In this document: positions 34,418 to 45,399 of the stretch, piece by piece
Layout: the number at the start of each line of letters is the position of its first letter
How positions within the stretch are numbered: position 1 is the stretch's first letter
From: a virus
Lineage: Duplodnaviria > Heunggongvirae > Uroviricota > Caudoviricetes
Direction: 5' to 3' (one strand)
Length of the DNA: 64,000 bases
IMG/VR virus record: IMGVR_UViG_3300029747_000004
Position numbers and translations under genes: made by a program
The notes under the pieces: model-generated
What the model was told of the DNA's origin: nothing
Seen by the model: the letters and a program-made list of their open reading frames with translations, nothing else
Database searches by the model: none

Positions 34418-37129
34418 TTAGACTGGCTTGAGCCAAATTGCGCCTTTAACGCCAGTAGGTTGAGAAGAAGAATAAATTATATTTTTTTCACTATAGACTG
34501 TATAGCTTTTGTTTGCGGTTAGACCAGTTGCGGGAGCAGGGAATGTATAACCTTCAAAGTAGCGAGTCGTTGCAGTGTCTAAATCTGATCCATAACAGTA
34601 AATTCCAAAGCCATGGTTAGAGGATGCTTGAAGCAAGACTCCCGGATTAGTTTTGCTCTTACATTTGAAAAACATGGAAGGCCAATCGTTAGTCCCATCA
34701 ACTCGCAGTACAGTTGCGCGAAGAGCATCATTAATATAAAGAGCACCATCGTCATCACAAGAAATTTCTGTAAAGTCGCCATAGGTTGTATTTCCAAGGC
34801 CGAGAACACCTGCGTTAGAGTTGTAATCTATCAAATAAGCAAGCCCACCAGTTACTTGAAACTCTTTCGCGTTGAAGGTTCCTTCACCAGAAAATTGGAA
34901 ATCATAATAAACGGAAGCAGAAGAATAGGCACGGATTTTTGTTGCTCCATAAGAGCCATTAGTCGTAGAAACAAAAACTTTTCCGAGGTCTGCTCCACTT
35001 GCGTTTGAGAAGGTTAGCTGGGGATAGGAATTGTTCTTGATAGATACATAGTTTCCTGTTGTAGTAATACCTGCTGGAGCTGTGAAAGTGCCGTCTTTCC
35101 CGAAAAAGAAATTAGATTGCCCGCTACTGTTTTTCACAGCCAATAGAACATCTGCGTATTCACCCGCGCTTGTTTGAGGTTGAAGATAAGCGAAAGTTTT
35201 ATTTACGCTTAAATCCGTAAAAGATAAGACTGGATAAGAATTCCCTTTAATAGTATGATTTCCACTCCGAAGGACTCCTCCAAAATCAAGTGCACCGTCT
35301 TTCCCGAAACTAAAACTAGAGTACTCACTTGCTGAAGAATAAACCCTCAAGACTGTATTTGAGTATCCTCCATTCGTTCCATTGGAATACAACATCGCCA
35401 AATTTGCGCCAGAAGCGTTTTGAATTGTTAAACCTGGGTAAGAGTTTGTTTGAGATACAACAGTGCCTTTACTGTAGATGTTATTCGGGGCTGTAAATTG
35501 CCCGTTTTTAGCAAAACCAAAGTAAACGACGTCAGAACTACTGCTATTTACGGAAATTAGTACATCACTATAACTTCCATCTGATGTCCCAGAATAAATA
35601 GAGCCTAACTGTGCCCCATTTGCGTTTTGAAGTATAAGTTGTGGGGAACTGTTCCTTTTAGAAATGACTGCGGCATTGCTATATAATTCTTTATTTACAG
35701 TTAGTGCACCCGTAACTGTCCCACCGCTCAATGGCAAATAGCTATGCGTGTGAGAACTTGCCGCCGCGCCGATATTAGCTGGAGTAATGCCGAGATTAGT
35801 GCGAGCATCTGAGGCCGAAGTTGCTCCCGTACCACCTTTTTCTACACTAAGTGTTCCATACAAATCAGCCGTCGCAGGTTTAGTTAGCCCCTCAACAATC
35901 CACTGTGTGCCATCATATGTAACTCTAAATGGAGTTCCTTTAGCAAGCCATGTGTTAGAATAACCAGATTGTACACTAGTCGAAATAGAACTTAATCTGC
36001 GTTTAATGTTCTTAGCACCGAGGCTATTAACATTTAGAGTTGGAGTAGTAGAAGAACTCACCACATGAGGCACCATTATAAAGCTTACACCTGAAGCGAG
36101 CGCTGTAATACCAGGTACGGTTGCCGTATATGCAGAACCATTGCCTGCAGTTGTAATACCAATGTCAGATTCAGATACCTTTGCCGCTCCACCTGCGGAA
36201 GAACTTCCTGCGTAGTTATGCGTATGCGACTTTGGAGCGGCATAATCACTAATCTGCGCACTAACAGCAGTATCACCTACAAGATCAGAAACAGCAGTAA
36301 GAGCACTTTTAGTCGCCGCATCTGTAATACCGTAACCGCTTAAAGTAGTAGGATTTGAGCCCCCGGTTACATGACCCTGTGCATTTACAGTTACACTCTT
36401 ATATGTGCCAGCAGTTACTCCGGAAGAGGGATGGGTGTACACTGTATCTGTTGCTGCAATTGTAATCTTATCATTTGTTGCATCTGGTGTAATAGTTATA
36501 TTATTCCCCGCAACCAAAGTTACAGTGTCGGTAGCTGTATCGGCAGCTACAGTGGTATTGCCAACTTTAATATTTGAAAAAGCGTTCTGATTGACATAGG
36601 CACTGTGAGTGTGTGAAGTGTCAGATTTGCCACTTAGTTTTGTGTCGATTTCACTTTCAGTGTAATATCTGTCGTCGTGTGTATGAGATGCATCTGCTTT
36701 ACTCGCTACAGCATTTGAAATTTGTGTAGCAACAGCGGTGTCACCGACCAAAGTATTCAAATCATTAATTGCAGCATTTACAACCTTATTTTGAACCGGA
36801 TCCGTACTTGTAGAAGATAGCTCAGAATCAACGATTGTTTTATTTGCCCCTTCTGCAATACTAGCTAATTTATTTTTTTCTGCAGTAGTGTAGTCATTTG
36901 TTGAAAGACCCTTCCCAGAAATTTTATCTACTTTATTTGCATCAGCAAATGGTAAATTATTTACCTTGGTTATACCGTCTCCAATTTTAAATCGTTCATA
37001 ACTATGATTGCTATCAATATCATAAATAATAATTTCACCCTGTTTTGGAATAAAAGTTGTAGCTTTACTCCAATTCGATTCAGTATCATGCTTATGCACA
37101 ATACGTGATTTAATGTTTTTTTCAGCCAT
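34418..37129 (-). CDS. fibre protein with Mtd_N-like N-terminus and four ~68-aa C-terminal repeats
   Basis: RIVHKHDT..NW...IPKQGE...FKIGDG...LPF N-terminus. KGLSTNDYT, HTHDDRYYTE and VTAGTYKSVTVNAQGHVTGG fibre motifs. Confidence 0.85.
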   Translation of the reverse strand: MAEKNIKSRIVHKHDTESNWSKATTFIPKQGEIIIYDIDSNHSYERFKIGDGITKVNNLPFADANKVDKISGKGLSTNDYTTAEKNKLASIAEGANKTIVDSELSSTSTDPVQNKVVNAAINDLNTLVGDTAVATQISNAVASKADASHTHDDRYYTESEIDTKLSGKSDTSHTHSAYVNQNAFSNIKVGNTTVAADTATDTVTLVAGNNITITPDATNDKITIAATDTVYTHPSSGVTAGTYKSVTVNAQGHVTGGSNPTTLSGYGITDAATKSALTAVSDLVGDTAVSAQISDYAAPKSHTHNYAGSSSAGGAAKVSESDIGITTAGNGSAYTATVPGITALASGVSFIMVPHVVSSSTTPTLNVNSLGAKNIKRRLSSISTSVQSGYSNTWLAKGTPFRVTYDGTQWIVEGLTKPATADLYGTLSVEKGGTGATSASDARTNLGITPANIGAAASSHTHSYLPLSGGTVTGALTVNKELYSNAAVISKRNSSPQLILQNANGAQLGSIYSGTSDGSYSDVLISVNSSSSDVVYFGFAKNGQFTAPNNIYSKGTVVSQTNSYPGLTIQNASGANLAMLYSNGTNGGYSNTVLRVYSSASEYSSFSFGKDGALDFGGVLRSGNHTIKGNSYPVLSFTDLSVNKTFAYLQPQTSAGEYADVLLAVKNSSGQSNFFFGKDGTFTAPAGITTTGNYVSIKNNSYPQLTFSNASGADLGKVFVSTTNGSYGATKIRAYSSASVYYDFQFSGEGTFNAKEFQVTGGLAYLIDYNSNAGVLGLGNTTYGDFTEISCDDDGALYINDALRATVLRVDGTNDWPSMFFKCKSKTNPGVLLQASSNHGFGIYCYGSDLDTATTRYFEGYTFPAPATGLTANKSYTVYSEKNIIYSSSQPTGVKGAIWLKPV

Positions 37130-37172
37130 TTAAATATTCTCCTTTCAATTTTTCTCTTTCAAAATTGTAGAG

Positions 37173-37207
37173 AAAAGGACAAGCCATCATTTCAGGCTTG
37201 CCCTTTG
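37173..37207 (-). terminator. intrinsic terminator
   Basis: AAAGGGCAAGCC-TGAAATGAT-GGCTTGTCCTTT-T on the minus strand. Confidence 0.6.
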
Positions 37208-37282
37208 TATTATTAATTTGAATAAATCACTCTGTTTTATTTAAAAACAACATTATTGCTCTTTATATTTAATATTATTAAA

Positions 37283-38644
37283 TTAAACATATGGAGACGT
37301 AAACCAACCAGAAATATATATAGCAGTTCCAGCAGATAATGCTTTGTCACTACGAATCCTTACGAACGCTGGTGCTGTATTATCTGTCATATTCCTTCTA
37401 ACATATGCAGAAATCATTGCACTTGTAGAAAATGCAGATAACGCAGTAATTGAAGATGGTCTATATGCATTTGCTATATTTAAAACTTCAAGAATATTTC
37501 CAGCAGTCATATCATTACTCAAGACAATATAAGATCTCAAAAAACACATCTTTAAATATATATAATAAGTACATGTAGTTGCAGAATCAGAAGTAACATT
37601 AACATGCGCAACTGCAACAGATTGATTAAGTGTATTACTGCCCGTACCGCCACATGCAACAGATAAAATGGACGCACTATCAAGTGGTGTATACCCTAAA
37701 GCAGATGTAACATTGCTTTTAGTCAAACTAATAGTTCCTGAAGAATTGGTAATGTTGCCGCCAATTTTAATACCACCAAGAATAGATGACGTAGCAGTTG
37801 GCAGAGTATAGTTATTTGCGCCAGTATCAATCCCATTTAATTTAGCCTTATCTGCTTCAGACATAAATCCCGCAATAGTTGTTGTGGCTGCGCTGTGCGT
37901 ATGAATTGCAGCAGCTTTTCCCAATAAGGCAGTATTAATTACTTTATTCTGGACAGGATTTGTAGAAGTAAAACTCAAAGCAGAATCTACAATAATATCA
38001 TTCCCATCCTCAGAAAGGTTAGCTAGTTTAGTTTTTTCTGCCGTTGTAAAATCTTCTGTAGATAAACCCTTACCAGCTACAGCATCCACTTTCTCACTAA
38101 GCTTATTATCTACTTCTGATTCAGTATAATACCTATCATCATGAGTGTGCGATACGTCTGCTTTGCTACTAATTTGTGTCGCAATTTGCGCAGATACACT
38201 AGTGTCCCCAACAAGATCTTGTAGCGCAGTAACATCTGTAGCTGACGCAAATTCATTCGCATGTTTGCCATCAACAGTGTCGGAGTTTCCTCCATTAGCT
38301 GGTAATGATGTTGGAATGATCGGTTTATCATTTAAATCGTTATAATTATGAGTATGCTCTAAGGAAGCATAACCGGAATGTGTATGATTTATATCTGCTT
38401 TAGTGGCCACGGACAATGAAATTTGAGACGCCACGCTAGTATCGCCAACCAAAGTTTGTAGTGCTGTAACTTCTGATGCAGCAGCATACTCTGTATGTGT
38501 ATGTGCTATATCAGCCTTTCCTGTCTGTAAATTAGCGATATTTGCTTCGATAGTATTAAGATCATTAGACAAACACCGCTCCATGTCTTCCTCTCTCCAG
38601 ATATTATCCGTTGACCATGTTGGGTTAAATTCTCCATTTAGCAT
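37283..38644 (-). CDS. fibre protein (head or tail)
   Basis: HTH(x)Y repeats, LVGDTSV.xQI, KGLSTEDFT, YTLPTAT...LGGIKIG (phi29 head-fibre-like motif) and VTSALGYTP. Confidence 0.8.
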   Translation of the reverse strand: MLNGEFNPTWSTDNIWREEDMERCLSNDLNTIEANIANLQTGKADIAHTHTEYAAASEVTALQTLVGDTSVASQISLSVATKADINHTHSGYASLEHTHNYNDLNDKPIIPTSLPANGGNSDTVDGKHANEFASATDVTALQDLVGDTSVSAQIATQISSKADVSHTHDDRYYTESEVDNKLSEKVDAVAGKGLSTEDFTTAEKTKLANLSEDGNDIIVDSALSFTSTNPVQNKVINTALLGKAAAIHTHSAATTTIAGFMSEADKAKLNGIDTGANNYTLPTATSSILGGIKIGGNITNSSGTISLTKSNVTSALGYTPLDSASILSVACGGTGSNTLNQSVAVAHVNVTSDSATTCTYYIYLKMCFLRSYIVLSNDMTAGNILEVLNIANAYRPSSITALSAFSTSAMISAYVRRNMTDNTAPAFVRIRSDKALSAGTAIYISGWFTSPYV

Positions 38645-38683
38645 ATCAATCAACCTCCATTAATGTTCATTGTCGGTCGAGTA

Positions 38684-39271
38684 TCAATTTACATTACCTA
38701 ATAAGGTAGTCGTATAAATAACATTTAATTCCTTCATTGCAGGATCTACCGTTAAATGAATATAATCATTTCCGCCAAGTTCCTCATAATCTTTAAGTAA
38801 TGCGTCATACGACATTTTTTCCATATCTGTCCATGACTGACTTGGATTTGCTTCAAGACTTGTGTAATGTTTATAATATTTTATCAACAAATCTCTAAGC
38901 CTATTCTTCTCGCGCTCTCGTGTACCCTCTTCCATTTTTGCAATACGATCAGATATTTTTTTAATTTCCTTCATTATATTGGACACTTCATCTCTCACAC
39001 CACTTATCTTTATTTCCAAATCACTTTGTATTTGTATACTCTGTGCACGATACATTGGGTATTTTTGAGTTTCGTTCCACGCATCATTGATCTTCTTTTT
39101 ATATTCTTCTTCCTGTTTTGTTTTTTGTTGTTGTTCTTTTATTTTTGTATCTATATACTTTTTAACTTCTTTATATATAGAGAACAAAAAAATAATAGCG
39201 GCTATAAACACAACAATTTTTGATACAGTAATGTCCCCAAATAGAGTTAAAAACGCGTCCATTCCTTTCAT
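38684..39271 (-). CDS. membrane-anchored coiled-coil phage protein
   Basis: One N-terminal hydrophobic helix, coiled coil and YEELGGNDYIH motif seen in lysis-region proteins. Confidence 0.7.
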   Translation of the reverse strand: MKGMDAFLTLFGDITVSKIVVFIAAIIFLFSIYKEVKKYIDTKIKEQQQKTKQEEEYKKKINDAWNETQKYPMYRAQSIQIQSDLEIKISGVRDEVSNIMKEIKKISDRIAKMEEGTREREKNRLRDLLIKYYKHYTSLEANPSQSWTDMEKMSYDALLKDYEELGGNDYIHLTVDPAMKELNVIYTTTLLGNVN

Positions 39272-39327
39272 AAGCTCACCCCCTTATATATAAAATATCC
39301 TTTTATTCCTATATAGGTGAACCTATA

Positions 39328-42300
39328 TTATATACAAAAACCAAACGCAACATAAAATTGGTTAGTTTGAATTTCAGTATATGCTGCACCTGTTTTCTGG
39401 ACTCTCCAGAACATTGTACTATTTGAATTTGTAAAATAAACTGAAGATCGTAGCCACCATCCACCGGTATCAGTATTATCAACTATATATTTTTCTCGAC
39501 TATCTTTATCGTCTGAGAAAACATCAGAGTATAATTCTCCCTGGCCCGATAGGTTAGAACTGCCATTAATAAAACCAACTTCATCATAAGACGCCAGCCA
39601 ACACGAGTCTGTTGTAGTTATTAGCTTTTTATTTTGAGAACCATCATCTGATATTTTTAGTACTGGTTTTATTATAGATTTTAACTCATTCGGCAGCGCA
39701 TCAAGTAGCTCTCCGTTCGCAAATTCACGCATTGAGCTATCCTTATATCCGCTAACAGATCCAGTAGACACATTCATACGCTGTAAAATTTGTGGCAAAT
39801 CCTTACAGAAGAATGTCAAAGTTGCTTTCCCAGAATTATCTGCCAAATTATCATGATTATGCGCAATTATTTCAACATCCGCAACAGTAGACGTACCATC
39901 TGATAGTTCAATTGGAATAATCATACGGCCACCAATTTGATATTTTGCATTAAAATCATCTGTAGCCAATGTACCATTACTTAAGGCGCTAACATCATTG
40001 CCAATATTTGTCCAATATGCATTGATTTTATTCCAATTGGGGTTATCAACCGTACCGTATTGGCTACTGTCGCCCAGTTTTCCGAACAAATAACCAGTAT
40101 ACTTGAAGAAAGCATAACATTCAGTTTCCCCAGTTATATTTTCAGGAGCTGGAATCCAACCCTTAAACACATAATCTTCTGGATTACTTACGCCTGTTTT
40201 AACTGGAGTTGCCCCAGAATAAGATGTACCACTTCCATATTGAACATTTTCTACTGTATAAATTAATTCATTTCCATTATAGAAATAAACATTATATCTA
40301 CGAATAGTACTAGTATACTCTGCATGGAATTCACGAACCGCAGTGATTGGCGTTGTAAAGTCACCACCCCAACTAGAAAAATGATAATCATACTGTGCCG
40401 TACTTTCGCGAGTTGGGTCGGTATAATCTTCAAAATATTGTTTAGGATCCACTACTGTTCCACCATTAATAATCCATTCAGTTATGTATAACGCATTGTC
40501 ATTCCAGAATCTTACTGCCCAATATGTATCATACTGCGCATAGATATTTACTGATGATTGCACATTTATAGGAAGGTTATCCCATTTTGAGAATTTATAC
40601 GTTATATCAGAAGTTCCTGTTTTAGTTGGCGTTTCAATTTTACCAGTTGAGACAGGGTCGATAACTGAATCGCCTTGATATGCACCATATTGATATACAA
40701 GATTATCTCCGTTGTAATAATTAATTGTATATTTAATTTTATATATAGGAGTAATCTTGTAATGCTGATGCACATTCTGTGGAAGCGTTGACCATCCAAC
40801 AAACTCATAAGTATATTCATCTGTAACAATATCTGATGGACGCTCAATTAATCCTGCCGCAATTGGGTCTACTGCATTCGCACCTTCGGCCACACGGGTT
40901 ACATAGAGCGAGTTACCGTTGCGGTCTAGGAAGTTAATGATGTATGGAGTGCCTGAGTTATCGTCTACAATAAGATCTGGGAAGTTTTCATAGATATCAT
41001 TGTAAAGCTTATCGCTAACAGACGAAATCTTTACACGTCCAGTAACTACCGCTTTATCTGTGTTATTTCCTGATGCGTCGAGACCAAGGCATGATTTAAA
41101 TTTTTCAATAGTCTGTTTTAATGCAGCTTCCGACTCTGCCTCCCATGAAACATCAAGTAAACGAATACGATTCAGATTTGGCGCGTGTAGCATAATATCT
41201 TCAACTGGAATATTAACAGCATCTTCAATACGAAGAGTTGTTAAATTGTCGTAGCCTTCTAGAGTAAATTCTTGGATATATTGCTGATTTGTAATTGTCA
41301 AGTTTGTTAAAGTGCCTGGCAAATGTACCTTTTTTAAATATCCAGATTCTGGCAATTCTAATCCAGTAATTCCAGAACCAGTTGCATATATTTCCTGAAT
41401 ATTTGGACAGTTAGATATTTGCAATGACGATGTATAATTCGGGCAATTTCGAATATCTATTTTCTTCAATAATTTATTCGAACCAACTGCAAGCTCTCTT
41501 AGGTTTGGATTTGAATATCCGGAAACCCCAGAACCAATAATTAATTCAGTAAGCTTACTTGCTTTACTTACATTGACTGTGCCACAATAAAGCGGAGACA
41601 AATCACCAATAGATGACATTTCTGATGCGCCGTATACGGCTGTTTCAGTATCATTAAATGTTTCGCTCGGCGCAATAAATGTGATTGGAGTATTTGCCTT
41701 AGCCCTTTGTTGTCTCAAAATACCATTAGCACGATACATTACACCAGCATAAATATCAGAGAACGGAGTAACTGTAATATTTGCATTTGCAGGTATAGCA
41801 AGATCTCCAGATGGAGTATAAATACGTAAACTCATATAATCGTCAGCGTAATCTGCGCCATACCATTTGCTATCACAATACATTAAACGATTCTTAACGA
41901 AATATTTTAAGTGTTCTTCACCAGTACCACGTATTTGATATAAATTTGTTGCGTCATTGTCTGAGCGTAGCATACTTATATACTTATAATCAGAGTCTTC
42001 ATTATAAATGCTAATACACCATTTGTCGCTCTGACGTATCACAAAATATTCTATAATTTTATCATAAGATAATTTTCCACTGCTTCTTAATTCTTGATAT
42101 AATTCTTTGATTTCATTTTGGAATGCTTCTCTAAAATTTGTCCACAAAGTACTAGTGGCACCGTTAAATACATTTGCCGTACCAAGTTTGTCTGTATCCT
42201 CGCAGAACGGATCAAAGACTAAAACGCCTTCGTTATTAATACCTAAGATAGTATCGTTGTCATAGAACCACGGCTGATAATGAACCTTATCCCAGCTAGT

Positions 42301-44970
42301 CAAGAACATATTCTTGGCCCTTTGGTCAACCATTAGCATTACGAAAGTATATACATAATAAAGTAAGCTAAAACCAAAATCAAAATGTTCAGTAAATTCT
42401 TTCTTGAACTTTGCAAGTCTATATTCTGCAGTATCTGTAGTATATGTTTTTCCATCAGTATCGGCATATGTTACACCAAGTGCAGATCCAGTTGCACCGT
42501 CCTGCCAAGTTGAAACAACCCAATCATGCATAACTTTAAAAGCGCTTATGTCGTCGTATTCATCTGGATATCTTGCTTCAAAGTCCTCCGTCCAGTTATC
42601 TTGGATCTGACCGTGGAATAAGCAGGCATCAGATGTGTTGTTTAAAAATTCCCAAGATTCAACGAGAGGATAGTCTTCTGTAAAGCCATATACATTTAAA
42701 GAATTTTTATCAAAGTTTGCGTTATATTTTCCTATAAATTCTGGTTCAGAAACACTATCTGCCTTATGGAAAATTAATGCAGGATATCCATAAACAGTTG
42801 TCCTTATTTTGTTATTTGTCTCTTGAGGAGGCGACTTTACGTCTCCATAAAGAGTATGCACGTAGTTTGCACTACCAGTGTTATGTGTTGATGTCGATTC
42901 TGCGTAATCAGCTTTCCATGTGAATACATTTGATGGTAGTTGGTCTACGGCATGTTGGTGCTCTTGTTTATATTTAATTTTATAGTTTTTACGGATATAC
43001 CACTGACTTGACGTTCCTTGAACATCGATCTTTCCTGTATCTTCAAAATTCAATTGAGGATACAAAGGATGAGTAAATGTTGTTAATACATTCTTTTTAT
43101 CACCCTTTGCTTTCGGTAAATCACCCGTAATAACTAAAATAGGCAACATATCCTTCAATTTCGAAAAACTCAAATTTCCATAAATATCATATATATCATT
43201 TTCTGCAATTACCGATAATTTTTCGCCAACATCCGTAATATCAGCAATATAATTGTCTCTCGCTTCTGCCTCTGTGAGTGCAGTATTATACGACCTAATT
43301 AAATACAAGTCTACAGAACAATACGGAGAGCCGACTGTAATATTTGTAGTAGTTGTTTGCTGCATATTGTCATTTTCTGGATATTGTTTCGCTCCAGACA
43401 GCACACCATTCAGATAAACAGACATAAGACGATATTCAGTACGTGGTTCGATAACAAATGCAACATGCACCTTTTCTTCGTCTGTATAATTACAAGAAAT
43501 TTCAGACTGTTCACTCATCAATTTTGCGGTATCAGCCGTTACTGTAAAACCAATACCATCACTATAACAACTAATAGCAACCGCATTTCTATTATTAACA
43601 TCTCTAATTGCGAATTCCATTTCTATTGTGCGGCCTGTCTGTCTTGCATCGGATTTAAATGGCATAAAATTAATTGTTGCTCTAGAATCTCCAGAACACC
43701 TCAATGCGACATCTCCATTTTCATCCTGCACCCATCCTGTTGAATCCCAGTTAAAGTTTTCAAATGTAGTAGCTACATCTCCGCTTGCCCAAACTTCACG
43801 ATTATTATCTGAGTTAGATCTTCCTGCCGCCTTTAACTGAAACTCCAAATCAGTATCTTTAGTAGAAATGTTTACACTACTTTTAGTTACATTAATTATA
43901 TGTGACTTACTAATTGCGCCATATCTAATTGTAAATGTAACTTCACCCACCGGGTAGTCTCTAACAGACCAAAACTGACGAGTTCTGTCTACCGTTCTTG
44001 TAGTAGAAGAATAAACTGTGCCATTCTGTTGTATAATAAGCTCAACCTCGGTCGTCATATTAACTGGATCATAAACAGAGAACCCAATATTAACCAATTC
44101 GCCTTGAGTAATTGCAGTCACATCATATGCAGATGAAATCATCGCTGTCGTACCAGTTCCAGACACACACATAATATCAAACAATAAAATATTACTAGTT
44201 ATTTCGACATCATTAATTATCGCAGTTGCGTAAAGTTTCAACATATGTGATCCATGACTCATTGTTGGGATAGTATATGTCTGCTGCTTCCCTGTTTCAG
44301 AAACAATTGTTGTATTGTCCATACCGTCCACCACAAAATGAATTGTTTTTTCAATCGCACCATATGGAATATATCGAACATTAACATCACTTTGATAAAT
44401 TTGAGAATCATCAAAAGTAGAAGTAATACGCAAGCTAATCGCGTTGACAACATAACTTAAAGATTTCGAGTTGCTATAAATATCGCTACAGGTTATTTTA
44501 ATTTCATTAGTGCCCTCTCCGACATAATGACCAACATCAATTTCATTTTGACCTGAAACTATTTTAACAGTACCTTTTAAATTCCCGCCTACATAAATAT
44601 AACAAATACCATCATCTTTTGTTTCTGATGATGCAAAACTAAATTTTAAAATTGCTTTACCATTAACAGCCGTTGTAATAGTCGAAGAGTCTAACAAATT
44701 TTTTAGTGTAACAGTGGCGCTACCACCGCCTCCACCACCACCGCTAGGAAGTGTAACGGCAGAATCATCAATAGGAGTCCCATCTTGAGCTAAAAATAAC
44801 TTACCATCAAGTATCACTAAATCATTTGGCATAGCTGCAACTTTATTCTTTTCAATGGTAGTATAATCGTTTGTAGACAGACCCTTGCCACTAACTTTTT
44901 GCACTTTATTTTCATCGACCCATTCTTTTACTGACGAAACAGATTTCTTTAACGCACTTAAAATATCCAT
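39328..44970 (-). CDS. giant virion protein with CotH-like kinase domain, LRR-like and InlB-B-like repeats and a DUF6273/C-lectin-like C-terminus
   Basis: QGTSS.WY.RKNYK, KADYAES, VDQRAKNMF and WFYDNDT.LGINNEG (CotH-type motifs). L..LEL/L..L.I repeats. Y.F.GW repeats. C-terminal WWLRS...VAFGFCI. N-terminal KGLSTNDYT fibre motif. Confidence 0.8.
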   Translation of the reverse strand: MDILSALKKSVSSVKEWVDENKVQKVSGKGLSTNDYTTIEKNKVAAMPNDLVILDGKLFLAQDGTPIDDSAVTLPSGGGGGGGSATVTLKNLLDSSTITTAVNGKAILKFSFASSETKDDGICYIYVGGNLKGTVKIVSGQNEIDVGHYVGEGTNEIKITCSDIYSNSKSLSYVVNAISLRITSTFDDSQIYQSDVNVRYIPYGAIEKTIHFVVDGMDNTTIVSETGKQQTYTIPTMSHGSHMLKLYATAIINDVEITSNILLFDIMCVSGTGTTAMISSAYDVTAITQGELVNIGFSVYDPVNMTTEVELIIQQNGTVYSSTTRTVDRTRQFWSVRDYPVGEVTFTIRYGAISKSHIINVTKSSVNISTKDTDLEFQLKAAGRSNSDNNREVWASGDVATTFENFNWDSTGWVQDENGDVALRCSGDSRATINFMPFKSDARQTGRTIEMEFAIRDVNNRNAVAISCYSDGIGFTVTADTAKLMSEQSEISCNYTDEEKVHVAFVIEPRTEYRLMSVYLNGVLSGAKQYPENDNMQQTTTTNITVGSPYCSVDLYLIRSYNTALTEAEARDNYIADITDVGEKLSVIAENDIYDIYGNLSFSKLKDMLPILVITGDLPKAKGDKKNVLTTFTHPLYPQLNFEDTGKIDVQGTSSQWYIRKNYKIKYKQEHQHAVDQLPSNVFTWKADYAESTSTHNTGSANYVHTLYGDVKSPPQETNNKIRTTVYGYPALIFHKADSVSEPEFIGKYNANFDKNSLNVYGFTEDYPLVESWEFLNNTSDACLFHGQIQDNWTEDFEARYPDEYDDISAFKVMHDWVVSTWQDGATGSALGVTYADTDGKTYTTDTAEYRLAKFKKEFTEHFDFGFSLLYYVYTFVMLMVDQRAKNMFLTSWDKVHYQPWFYDNDTILGINNEGVLVFDPFCEDTDKLGTANVFNGATSTLWTNFREAFQNEIKELYQELRSSGKLSYDKIIEYFVIRQSDKWCISIYNEDSDYKYISMLRSDNDATNLYQIRGTGEEHLKYFVKNRLMYCDSKWYGADYADDYMSLRIYTPSGDLAIPANANITVTPFSDIYAGVMYRANGILRQQRAKANTPITFIAPSETFNDTETAVYGASEMSSIGDLSPLYCGTVNVSKASKLTELIIGSGVSGYSNPNLRELAVGSNKLLKKIDIRNCPNYTSSLQISNCPNIQEIYATGSGITGLELPESGYLKKVHLPGTLTNLTITNQQYIQEFTLEGYDNLTTLRIEDAVNIPVEDIMLHAPNLNRIRLLDVSWEAESEAALKQTIEKFKSCLGLDASGNNTDKAVVTGRVKISSVSDKLYNDIYENFPDLIVDDNSGTPYIINFLDRNGNSLYVTRVAEGANAVDPIAAGLIERPSDIVTDEYTYEFVGWSTLPQNVHQHYKITPIYKIKYTINYYNGDNLVYQYGAYQGDSVIDPVSTGKIETPTKTGTSDITYKFSKWDNLPINVQSSVNIYAQYDTYWAVRFWNDNALYITEWIINGGTVVDPKQYFEDYTDPTRESTAQYDYHFSSWGGDFTTPITAVREFHAEYTSTIRRYNVYFYNGNELIYTVENVQYGSGTSYSGATPVKTGVSNPEDYVFKGWIPAPENITGETECYAFFKYTGYLFGKLGDSSQYGTVDNPNWNKINAYWTNIGNDVSALSNGTLATDDFNAKYQIGGRMIIPIELSDGTSTVADVEIIAHNHDNLADNSGKATLTFFCKDLPQILQRMNVSTGSVSGYKDSSMREFANGELLDALPNELKSIIKPVLKISDDGSQNKKLITTTDSCWLASYDEVGFINGSSNLSGQGELYSDVFSDDKDSREKYIVDNTDTGGWWLRSSVYFTNSNSTMFWRVQKTGAAYTEIQTNQFYVAFGFCI

Positions 44971-45040
44971 TGGAAGCGCCTCCTTTCATTTATTTTGTAT
45001 ATAAAATTAAAACCATGTTTTAATATATTTTCGCATTAAT

Positions 45041-45068
45041 AAAAAGCGGAAGAGTTAACCTTCCGCTT
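45041..45068 (-). terminator. intrinsic terminator
   Basis: AAGCGGAAG-GTTAACT-CTTCCGCTT-TTT on the minus strand, overlapping the holin stop. Confidence 0.7.
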
Positions 45069-45399
45069 CTTCAATAATTTCTTCTTCAGGAGGATTTACG
45101 ACCTTAGACATAGCACATAAATTATCAATAAGGTCGCTTACAACATCCATGTCAATTTGATAATTAATACTATCCGCACTAGCTTTAATTGCAATCATTA
45201 CATAATTTTTACGTTCCTGCCCAGAAGAAAAAAGTGGCTCGGCCTCTTTCATAAATTTAATTACAAGGTCAACTAAAGATGTCCAATTTTTTTCCTTAAC
45301 CGCATTTTTAGCAGTTTCAATTAATTTTGCGACCAAAGGAATTGTTACTGCCAACCCGCTTAAAATAGAAACAATAATCTGTACAATATTATCTGTCAT
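45055..45399 (-). CDS. holin (LL-H-like)
   Basis: N-terminal TM helix followed by M..AE..F.SG.ERK.YV...ID pattern. Lies near a CHAP lysin. Confidence 0.7.
   Translation of the reverse strand: MTDNIVQIIVSILSGLAVTIPLVAKLIETAKNAVKEKNWTSLVDLVIKFMKEAEPLFSSGQERKNYVMIAIKASADSINYQIDMDVVSDLIDNLCAMSKVVNPPEEEIIEEAEG

Noticed and set aside
39300..39470. Diversity-generating retroelement variable region at the WWLRS...FGFCI C-terminus, with a small downstream hairpin (TATAGG-TTCA-CCTATA)
   Set aside because: No template repeat or reverse transcriptase is visible in the window, and many codons end in A/G rather than the NNY pattern expected from AAY templates. A DGR elsewhere in the genome cannot be excluded.
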